Position numbers and translations under genes: made by a program. DNA of 64,000 bases, taken from NCBI GenBank assembly GCA_051382295.1, contig JBBCAW010000012.1:96001-160000 (forward strand), in the 5' to 3' direction. The notes beneath the pieces are model-generated. The model saw only the letters and a list, made by a program, of their open reading frames with translations. It did not search any database and was not told where the DNA came from. This stretch comes from Bdellovibrionota bacterium FG-1 (lineage in GTDB: Bacteria; Bdellovibrionota; UBA1018). How positions within the stretch are numbered: the stretch's first letter is position 1; each line of letters starts with the position of its first letter. Below are positions 56,926 through 64,000 of the stretch, piece by piece.

Positions 56926-57660
56926 CTAGAATTGAAAATTCTCTCCTAGGTACTGCTCTCGCGCTGTCTTGCTGTTGGCAATCTCGTGCGGGGTCCCCTT
57001 TTCTAAAATTTTACCACCACTTAATAAATAACCCAAATCACAAATTTCCAATGTTTCCCGAACGTTATGGTCTGTAATTAAAACACCGATCTGTCGTTTC
57101 TTCAATACTTGGATCATTCTTTGAATGTCCCCCACTGCTATCGGATCAATGCCGGCAAAGGGTTCATCTAGCAAAAGAAATACCGGATTCAGGGCTAAAG
57201 CTCTAGCGACTTCCACTCGTCTCCGTTCGCCTCCTGATAAAGTATAAGCTTGTTGCTTCGCAATAGGTTGAATATTGAACTCCAGCAATAAATTCTGAAG
57301 TCGCTCGTGACGCTCTGTGTCTGTTAGGGGGAGTGTTTCGAGAACCGCTAAAATATTTTCTTCAGCTGTCATGCGTCGAAAAACCGAAGCTTCTTGGGGC
57401 AGATAGGCAATCCCATTGAGTGCTCGTTTGTGCATGGGCCACGAAGTCACATTCTGACCGTCGATCGTGACTGAACCGCCGTCTGCCTGAACTAATCCGA
57501 CGACCATGTAAAATGATGTCGTTTTTCCCGCGCCATTGGGTCCAAGCAAGCCTACCACCTGGCCTGACTCAACCTCGAAGCTGACCCCTTTGACTACCGT
57601 TCGCCCCTTATAGGATTTCTTGAGGTCTTTCGCGACGAGGTGGTGAATTTGGGTGCTCAT
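56926..57660 (-). CDS. lptB: LPS export ABC ATPase
   Basis: GPNGAGKTTSFYMVVGL, YLPQEASVFR, LSGGERRRVE, DEPFAGIDP, ITDHNVRETL. Confidence 0.96.
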   Translation of the reverse strand: MSTQIHHLVAKDLKKSYKGRTVVKGVSFEVESGQVVGLLGPNGAGKTTSFYMVVGLVQADGGSVTIDGQNVTSWPMHKRALNGIAYLPQEASVFRRMTAEENILAVLETLPLTDTERHERLQNLLLEFNIQPIAKQQAYTLSGGERRRVEVARALALNPVFLLLDEPFAGIDPIAVGDIQRMIQVLKKRQIGVLITDHNVRETLEICDLGYLLSGGKILEKGTPHEIANSKTAREQYLGENFQF

Positions 57661-57662
57661 AG

Positions 57663-58916
57663 TCAGTTATTTCCTTCGCTAAACGAATTGCTGTGCTCGA
57701 CTTCGATTAAATCAGAATGCCGATGCATCAAGATAATGTCACCTGTCACTGTATCGTTATCTTGATAGGCCTGCGGAAATTCAGTCAAACGAATGACATC
57801 GCTTTGAGTGTCAAACTCCGCTTTTCCTCCTGTCGCATAACGAAGAGAAGGGGGGGCGTCTTTGGGGTTGACCGGGGGATTGACTGGGGTTTTTCCTGGC
57901 GGCGTGTCTTTTCCTTTCGTCTTATTTGGAGTTTCTTTAATAAAAACGTCTTCATAGGCAATCATATATTCAAGGAGCTGTGAATAGTCCCCGTAATGCA
58001 TCACGGCACGTCTCCCTCGGGTAAAGAGGGTGGGCTGGGTAATGCGGACAAAACGGCTTTCTAGCGGTCGATTGGGGTGCATCGTAAAAAAGGCCAGATG
58101 TTTGTCGCGGTGAATAATTGCATGATCCGAGTCAATGATTGTCGGACTATCGTCCGAAGCCTCCTCAGGCGTTGGGCTAGGCAGGGGTATTTTACTGGGC
58201 CCTGGGTTGGGGCTAGCGCTAGCGCTCACTTCAGGGGCATCCGGTAGCTTTTCGAAAATCATATGGACGGCTTCAGGCAAAATAATCTGGGATTTGGCCA
58301 TCGCAAAGTCGAGACCATGGCTGTCGAAGGTGATGTTTTGTCCTTCTTTTTCATGGCCGTCGCCGTGAACTGCGTATTGAATGGGGATTTCGACCTTTCG
58401 ATCATTGGGCTTATATCGAAGGTATTCACTTTTGAGCTCAAAACCGTCCGGAAATACCGTATGGACCTCGCCAAAGATCTCCAGGTCACGTTGATTCATA
58501 AAATACTTGGATTCTCTGCCTCGGACGACGGTTATTTTCCCATCAGGATCATAGAGATAGGCCAGGATCTGCCGTGAATGGACGATTTTTTCTTTATTAT
58601 AGAGGAAGGCTTTTTCAGCCACCAGCTTCCATTGCTTCACCCCGCTTTGGGTCGAAACGTATTGGAACTGATCAATGCTGTATTCTGGGATTTTATTTTT
58701 AGGGATTCCTGACGCCAAGGTGGCCTGCTGGTCGTCCTCGAGGAGGGTTTCGGGATCAACAGCCGTGTTTTTTTCGCCCGTCTCCTCAAGCGAAGTCGGC
58801 GAAAGAACAACGATTTTAGTGATTACCAGACCAGCAACGATCCACAAAAATAGGGGGCGCAGATGCCGTCGCGATGGCGGCTTGATCAGCTTTCCAAAAA
58901 TTTTCAGAGGAGGCAT
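57663..58916 (-). CDS. lptC: LptC with extended C-terminal LptA/OstA-like beta-jellyroll
   Basis: N-terminal TM, KQWKLVAEKA LptC motif, Pro-rich linkers, C-terminal KAEFD..VIRLT..P.AYQ..DTVTGD.I LptA-like; directly upstream of lptB. Confidence 0.75.
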   Translation of the reverse strand: MPPLKIFGKLIKPPSRRHLRPLFLWIVAGLVITKIVVLSPTSLEETGEKNTAVDPETLLEDDQQATLASGIPKNKIPEYSIDQFQYVSTQSGVKQWKLVAEKAFLYNKEKIVHSRQILAYLYDPDGKITVVRGRESKYFMNQRDLEIFGEVHTVFPDGFELKSEYLRYKPNDRKVEIPIQYAVHGDGHEKEGQNITFDSHGLDFAMAKSQIILPEAVHMIFEKLPDAPEVSASASPNPGPSKIPLPSPTPEEASDDSPTIIDSDHAIIHRDKHLAFFTMHPNRPLESRFVRITQPTLFTRGRRAVMHYGDYSQLLEYMIAYEDVFIKETPNKTKGKDTPPGKTPVNPPVNPKDAPPSLRYATGGKAEFDTQSDVIRLTEFPQAYQDNDTVTGDIILMHRHSDLIEVEHSNSFSEGNN

Positions 58917-59029
58917 TCCTTTCTACAGTACCTCTTCTGAAGAACAGGTAACAGAAGGAAAATCGTCTAGAATTCAGACACTAGACGTTATAAGGTGCCC
59001 CAAAACAAGAGACGGGGAGATAGGGATTC

Positions 59030-60076
59030 ATGACGATCGAATTCGAAGGGCGAAAAAAAGAGCACATTCAGCTCGCCCTCAATCCTGCTCACCAAGCAGT
59101 TGGTTTGGGTGGGTTGGACCGAATTCATCTGGTTCACGAAGCTTTGCCCGAGTTCAATTTCGATGAAATCAGCTTAGAATCTCTTTGTTTGGGCGGAAAA
59201 TCGCGCACTCCTTATTATGTCGCTGCGATGACTGCTGGGCATGAAGGTGCTTCTCGCATCAATCAGGTATTAGCCGAAGTGTGTCAAAATGCAGGTTGGA
59301 TGTTGGGGGTTGGCTCCCAGCGGCGTGAGTTCGAGGAACAGGCCGAATCTTTGGTTGATCACTGGAAGCCACTTCGTGCAGCAGTGCCAAGCCTGACTCT
59401 TTTGGCCAATATTGGGATGGCTCAGGTGATTCAAGGCACCCCTGAAAGACTGAGGCGTTTGGTGGATGCTATTCAGGCTAATGCTTTGGTTGTTCATGCT
59501 AACGCGCTGCAAGAGGCACTTCAGCCCGAGGGAACGCCCCATTTCAAGGGCGCCTTTTCAGCACTTGAGCAGGTTTGCGCCAAAATCGGGGTTCCAGTCG
59601 TACTGAAAGAAACCGGCTGCGGCTTTTCAGCAAAAACGTTGCGGCGTTTCCGATCGATTGGGCTGGCTGCCGTTGATGTCAGCGGCCTGGGTGGAACCCA
59701 TTGGGGGCGGATCGAGGGGGCTCGAGCACCCGAGGGAAGTTCCCGGGCGGTTGCTGCTCAAACTTTTGCGGAGTGGGGAGAACCCACGGTTGATTCGGTG
59801 ATGGCTGCTCGAAGTGCGCTACCCGAGTCAGTCGAAATTTGGGCCTCGGGAGGCGTGCGTACTGGGCTGGACGCAGCAAAGCTGCTTGCCTTAGGGGCTC
59901 ATCAAGTGGGATTTGCAAAACCGGCTTTAGAGGCTGCTTTAGACAGTGATTTTAAATTACGGCAGTGGATGGAAGCTCGAGAATTTGAGCTTCGTGTGGC
60001 TTTGTGGTGTACCGGCTGCGTCAGTCCGATTCAACTCAGGAAAAAAGAGGAAGTATGGAAAGTAAACGCCATTTGA
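59030..60076 (+). CDS. fni: Type 2 isopentenyl-diphosphate isomerase
   Basis: RKKEHI, HEALPE, MTAG, GVGSQR, LQEALQPEG, KETGCG, DVSGLGGT.W..IE..R, ASGGVRTG. Confidence 0.95.
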   Translation: MTIEFEGRKKEHIQLALNPAHQAVGLGGLDRIHLVHEALPEFNFDEISLESLCLGGKSRTPYYVAAMTAGHEGASRINQVLAEVCQNAGWMLGVGSQRREFEEQAESLVDHWKPLRAAVPSLTLLANIGMAQVIQGTPERLRRLVDAIQANALVVHANALQEALQPEGTPHFKGAFSALEQVCAKIGVPVVLKETGCGFSAKTLRRFRSIGLAAVDVSGLGGTHWGRIEGARAPEGSSRAVAAQTFAEWGEPTVDSVMAARSALPESVEIWASGGVRTGLDAAKLLALGAHQVGFAKPALEAALDSDFKLRQWMEAREFELRVALWCTGCVSPIQLRKKEEVWKVNAI

Positions 60077-61353
60077 CCGAGAGATTTCATCGACTGTCTC
60101 GAGGCCAGCGGCTCGAGCGGGTGCAGGAGCTTTGTAGTTTAACAGACGAGGATATTTCTGTTCTGTCCGGCGAGCGAACTCTGCCGCCCGAGATTGCGGA
60201 ACATTTGATCGAAAATGTGGTGGGATATTTTCCAATTCCTTTAGGGGTAGCAACTAATTTTACTATTGACGGTCGAGATGTGCTGATCCCGATGGCGGTT
60301 GAGGAAACTTCGATTATTGCCGCAGCGAGCGCGACTGCTAAGTGGATCCGTCGCGAAGGCAGCATTCGGACTTATTCAAAGGGCAATCTGATTATTGGGC
60401 AGGTTCAACTGCCCAGCGTCCGAAACGTCGAGCAAGCTCGGCGTATTTTGCACGAAAAACGCGAGCTTTTGATGGGGCTGGCTAATGCCTGTGTGCCAGG
60501 ATTGGTAGCTCGTGGAGGTGGCGTTCGCGATCTCGCGGTTCGTGAGGTCGCTCGACCCGATGGATCTGGCATGATGTTGGTGGTTCATATTCTCTGCGAT
60601 CCCTGTGAAGCGATGGGTGCTAATCTCATTAACCAGGTTTGTGAAGCTCTTAAGCCTCGGATTGAAGAATTGACTCATGAGAGGGTGGGGCTTTGTATTC
60701 TTTCTAATTTAGTGGATGGAAAATTGGCCTGCGCCGAAGTGGTGATTCGCAATGTGGATCCGGCCGTGGCCAAGGGCATTGAAGAAGCCACACTTTTTGC
60801 TAAAGCCGATCCCTATCGCGCGGCGACTCACAATAAAGGTGTTTTGAATGGAATTGATCCGATCCTGATTGCCACTGGCAATGACTGGCGCGCGGTCGAA
60901 GCGGGGGTGCATTCGTATGCGACTCGCTCAGGGCGATACCAACCCGTGACCGACTGGAAGCTGGAGGGCAACGACCTGGTGGGCCGGATTGAGATTCCAC
61001 TGGCGGTCGGTACTGTGGGTGGAGTCACGCGGTTGCATCCTACGGCCCGGGTAGCTTTAAAAATGTTGGGCGTTAATAAAGCCGAAGAACTCGCCCGCAT
61101 TTGCGCGGCGGTGGGCTTGGTTCAAAATTTGGGCGCGCTCAAGGCGCTTGCGACCGTGGGAATTGTTAAAGGTCATATGCAGCTCCATGCGGCTAATTTG
61201 GCGATCGCCGCTGGCGCGGATCTTCATGAGGTTGCGGTGGTGCGTGAGCGTCTGGCCGAGGTTTTGCGGGTTGAAAAACACATCAATCTTTCGCACGCCA
61301 AGCAGATTTTAGAGGCTTTGCGTGTCTCCGAACGCAGTGCCGTTAGTTACTGA
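60055..61353 (+). CDS. mvaA: HMG-CoA reductase, class II
   Basis: IENVVG, PMAVEETSIIAAAS, EAMGANLIN, RAATHNKG..NGID..ATGNDWRA.EAG, GI.KGHMQLH. Confidence 0.95.
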   Translation: MESKRHLTERFHRLSRGQRLERVQELCSLTDEDISVLSGERTLPPEIAEHLIENVVGYFPIPLGVATNFTIDGRDVLIPMAVEETSIIAAASATAKWIRREGSIRTYSKGNLIIGQVQLPSVRNVEQARRILHEKRELLMGLANACVPGLVARGGGVRDLAVREVARPDGSGMMLVVHILCDPCEAMGANLINQVCEALKPRIEELTHERVGLCILSNLVDGKLACAEVVIRNVDPAVAKGIEEATLFAKADPYRAATHNKGVLNGIDPILIATGNDWRAVEAGVHSYATRSGRYQPVTDWKLEGNDLVGRIEIPLAVGTVGGVTRLHPTARVALKMLGVNKAEELARICAAVGLVQNLGALKALATVGIVKGHMQLHAANLAIAAGADLHEVAVVRERLAEVLRVEKHINLSHAKQILEALRVSERSAVSY

Positions 61354-62242
61354 AAATTTTTCGGTACTCTCTGTACCTGGAAAAGTTTTTTTACTCGGGG
61401 AGTATGCCGTGCTTTCCGGACATCCTGGTCTGGTTGCGGCCGTGGGGCCTCGGTTTGAGTTGCGCTTGAGCTCAGGCTCAGTGAATGTTCATCCGCAAAG
61501 TCCGGCAGGGCGTCTCCTGCAGTGGGCAAAAGGTCAGGAGCCAGGGAGCGCGGCGGATTTTGGGTTTGAATTTGTTGATCCTTTGCGGGGTACGGGGGGG
61601 TTTGGGGCTTCGACTGCGCAATTTGCTTTGCTCTATCGCGCGATCGCTTCTCGTTTTGGTTTGGAGTTATCCGCCGTGAGCGCTCGTCAGTTTTACCGTG
61701 ATTTGATGTCAGATGAACCATTACCGCCGAGCGGAGTAGATCTGATGGCTCAATGGAACGGCGGGGTTACCTTTTTTGATCCGGCTTGCAATGAAGTGCG
61801 GCAATGTTTTTCGCAATGGGACTGGCGGAACCTCCTTGTTTTTTCTGCGGTGGGTTTGCCCGGACGAAAGGTAACAACCCATGAGCATTTGGGGCGAGTC
61901 GCAAAAAATGGTCTCGCGCGATCTTGGACGGATCGTTTGGCCAAAGTTTTACAAAAAGCGATGAGTGTTGAAGGAGATTTGAAGGTATTGGGAGCGGCGC
62001 TAACGGAGTATGCCGACGTTCTTTGTGAACTGGGTTTGGAAGCCGACGAAGCGTATGATGATCGGCAGGTTTTGGCTGGGCTTTCCGGCGTACTGGGTGT
62101 TAAGGGAGCCGGTGCGATGCTTTCAGATGCGGTGATTGTGCTTATGGAAAATGGGTCGCGGGATCAAGTGATCGACGTGGCCCAAGGGCGAGGCCTGCGG
62201 TTGGTCGCAAACGGACTCCCGTTTGAGAAAGGTATTTTGTGA
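61322..62242 (+). CDS. GHMP kinase, probable phosphomevalonate kinase
   Basis: VPGKVFLLGEYAVL, GFGASTA, PSGVD, VKGAGA; inside the mevalonate operon. Confidence 0.7.
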   Translation: MSPNAVPLVTENFSVLSVPGKVFLLGEYAVLSGHPGLVAAVGPRFELRLSSGSVNVHPQSPAGRLLQWAKGQEPGSAADFGFEFVDPLRGTGGFGASTAQFALLYRAIASRFGLELSAVSARQFYRDLMSDEPLPPSGVDLMAQWNGGVTFFDPACNEVRQCFSQWDWRNLLVFSAVGLPGRKVTTHEHLGRVAKNGLARSWTDRLAKVLQKAMSVEGDLKVLGAALTEYADVLCELGLEADEAYDDRQVLAGLSGVLGVKGAGAMLSDAVIVLMENGSRDQVIDVAQGRGLRLVANGLPFEKGIL

Positions 62243-63312
62243 GTAGCGCCACTTTTCTTGCAAGGGCGCCTTCCAATATCGCGCTGATTAAATATATGGG
62301 TAAAAAGGATGCGACGGCCAATTTGCCGGAAAACCCGAGTCTTTCTGTGACACTCAACGGGCTTTGTTCTTGGGTTGAGATTCAACGAAGCGCCTCTGAA
62401 CCTGGTCGTGTTCGTTGGATTGCAGAGCTGCCGCACGCTGCTCAGGGTGAGCTTCTCGTGCCTTCGTTGAGTTCGGAGGGGCAGCAAAAAGTCATTGCCC
62501 ATGTCGAGCGGTGTATTTCCTTAGCCCCTGAAGTTTTTGCTCAGCACGGCCTCTCCAGTTTGCCGGATGCTCGTTCCCGCTTTTGCTACAATGTGAGAAG
62601 CGCAAATACTTTTCCCTCCGCTTCGGGGATCGCCTCAAGTGCTTCGAGCTTTGCCGCTTTCACTTTGGCAAGCTTTGCGGCTTGCTCGAAAGATCGGGAT
62701 GCCTTCGCGCGAGCGTTTAAAACCGACTTGGCTTTCCGACGTCATTTAGCGCGAGTTTCGCGGGTGGGCTCGGGAAGTTCCTGCCGGTCGTTTGAGGGGC
62801 CGTTTGTTTTTTGGGAAGAAGAACATGCTTTCGCGATTTCGACCCGGATGCCCGAGTTAAGGCATTTTGTTATCTTGGTGAGTTCAGAGCCGAAAGCAGT
62901 GTCATCATCTCAGGCTCATTTGCAGGTCAAGACCTCGCCTCTTTGGCAGGGTCGGCCCGAGCGTGTTCAAAAAAGAACCGATCACATGAAGCAGGCCTTG
63001 GAAGTGGGCGATCTTTTCTCTGTCGCTCGTTTGGCGTGGAGTGAGTTTTGGGAAATGCATAGTTTATTTCATACGGCTGCAGAGCCGTTTTCTTATTGGC
63101 AGGCAGGTTCCATAGAAGCGCTCCATTGGCTCTCTCCTTTTGTCGTGCCGAAATCTTCCTCGGCGATCGTGACCATGGATGCGGGCCCCAATATTCATGT
63201 TTTGGTGGCGGCCGAGCAGGCAGAAGCATGGAGGCAAAGGCTTCACGATCGGTTTGGGGTCAAGGCAATTCTCGAGGATCGGCCTGGGTCAGGGGCTGTT
63301 CTTTATGAGTGA
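62239..63312 (+). CDS. mvaD: Diphosphomevalonate decarboxylase
   Basis: APSNIALIKYMGK, NPSLS.TL, GIASSASSFAA, GSGSSCRS, TMDAGPNIH. Confidence 0.93.
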   Translation: MSSATFLARAPSNIALIKYMGKKDATANLPENPSLSVTLNGLCSWVEIQRSASEPGRVRWIAELPHAAQGELLVPSLSSEGQQKVIAHVERCISLAPEVFAQHGLSSLPDARSRFCYNVRSANTFPSASGIASSASSFAAFTLASFAACSKDRDAFARAFKTDLAFRRHLARVSRVGSGSSCRSFEGPFVFWEEEHAFAISTRMPELRHFVILVSSEPKAVSSSQAHLQVKTSPLWQGRPERVQKRTDHMKQALEVGDLFSVARLAWSEFWEMHSLFHTAAEPFSYWQAGSIEALHWLSPFVVPKSSSAIVTMDAGPNIHVLVAAEQAEAWRQRLHDRFGVKAILEDRPGSGAVLYE

Positions 63313-64000
63313 GTGGCGCTCTTTCGAAACTCGGGTTTGCGCAAAATGGGTGCTCGCGGGCGAGCATTCAGTTTTGCGCGGAATTCCCGCCGTAACCCTG
63401 CCTCATCCTGAATTTGCACTTCGCCTTGTTTATGATGCGGGCGAGCGGGATTTGTTTTCCATTCAACCCACGAGTGCGCAGACGATCATAACGGATTTGC
63501 TGAGCCAAGTCGGCGTATCTCCAGATTCGGGTCGCTTGATTCTGGAAAGTTCGATTCCGATGGGGGCTGGGTTGGGTTCGTCGGCCGCACTTTGCGTGGC
63601 TTTAGCACGTTGGCTGGAGACGCCGCTTCAGCTTCCTCCGGAAATGATTGCTGATTTTGCGACACGGCTGGAAAATCGTTTTCACGGTCAGAGCAGTGGT
63701 ATGGATATCGCCGCGATTTTGGCGGAAACCCCCGCAGTTTTTGTGCGGGGTGAAGGCGCTCTCTCTTTGGGAGTCACTCGTATCCCCCGGTTTACCTTTC
63801 ATGATACGGGATTACGCGCCCGGACCAGTCAATGCATTGAGAAGGTTCGTCTTTTTCGAGAGCAAAACCCACAAAAAGGCAATGAAACCGATTTTGAGAT
63901 GAAACAGGCCTCAGGGGAGGCTATCGAAGGACTGAAGGCCTACCAACAGACTCTTACTTCGGGAGAGGGTTTGAAGATTTTGACACGGGCAATGGATCGC
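63305..64000 (+). CDS. mvk: Mevalonate kinase (runs off the window end; missing from the ORF track)
   Basis: Manual translation: MSEWRSFETRVCAKWVLAGEHSVLRG..IPMGAGLGSSAAL..LENRFHGQSSGMD. Confidence 0.85.
   Translation, partial: MSEWRSFETRVCAKWVLAGEHSVLRGIPAVTLPHPEFALRLVYDAGERDLFSIQPTSAQTIITDLLSQVGVSPDSGRLILESSIPMGAGLGSSAALCVALARWLETPLQLPPEMIADFATRLENRFHGQSSGMDIAAILAETPAVFVRGEGALSLGVTRIPRFTFHDTGLRARTSQCIEKVRLFREQNPQKGNETDFEMKQASGEAIEGLKAYQQTLTSGEGLKILTRAMDR

Overview
Bacterial chromosomal window. The gene complement (mevalonate operon, alpha2-type GlyRS, protein-glutaminase family protein, RCC1-repeat lipoprotein, Gld-like ABC cluster, multi-copy HNH genes, FliA/sigma54 promoters) suggests a Bdellovibrionota-like, possibly predatory organism; this is inference only. 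Housekeeping blocks: msbA-(CheX-like)-glyQS-ppdK, a galE-gmhB fusion, recO, a translationally coupled tdk-upp-hpt-GHMP kinase-DUF429-oppBC operon, a gldAFG-DUF4340 ABC cluster, nrnA, lptC(A)-lptB-rpoN-hpf-rimK, and fni-mvaA-GHMP kinase-mvaD-mvk. Accessory material: (i) an AAA-DUF4143 islet (8.6-12.4 kb) with palindromes and a DUF4143 remnant; (ii) a cell-surface locus (31.9-49.5 kb) with a 14-repeat RCC1 lipoprotein, a LysM-TPR protein, two predicted beta-barrels (one with a FadL/PorV-like NPA motif) and a 2954-aa FN3/Big-1/GLUG lipoprotein adhesin carrying an 835-bp near-identical internal duplication; (iii) two paralogous HNH genes (one frameshifted) sharing an upstream motif; (iv) a toxin-antitoxin-like pair plus a 9x15-bp tandem repeat between 14-bp direct repeats. 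The best candidate for an undescribed system is the LysM-TPR + two barrels + giant lipoprotein locus (possible dedicated surface-display pathway). No rRNA, tRNA, CRISPR array or classical transposase was seen. All family assignments come from motif recognition by eye, not database searches.
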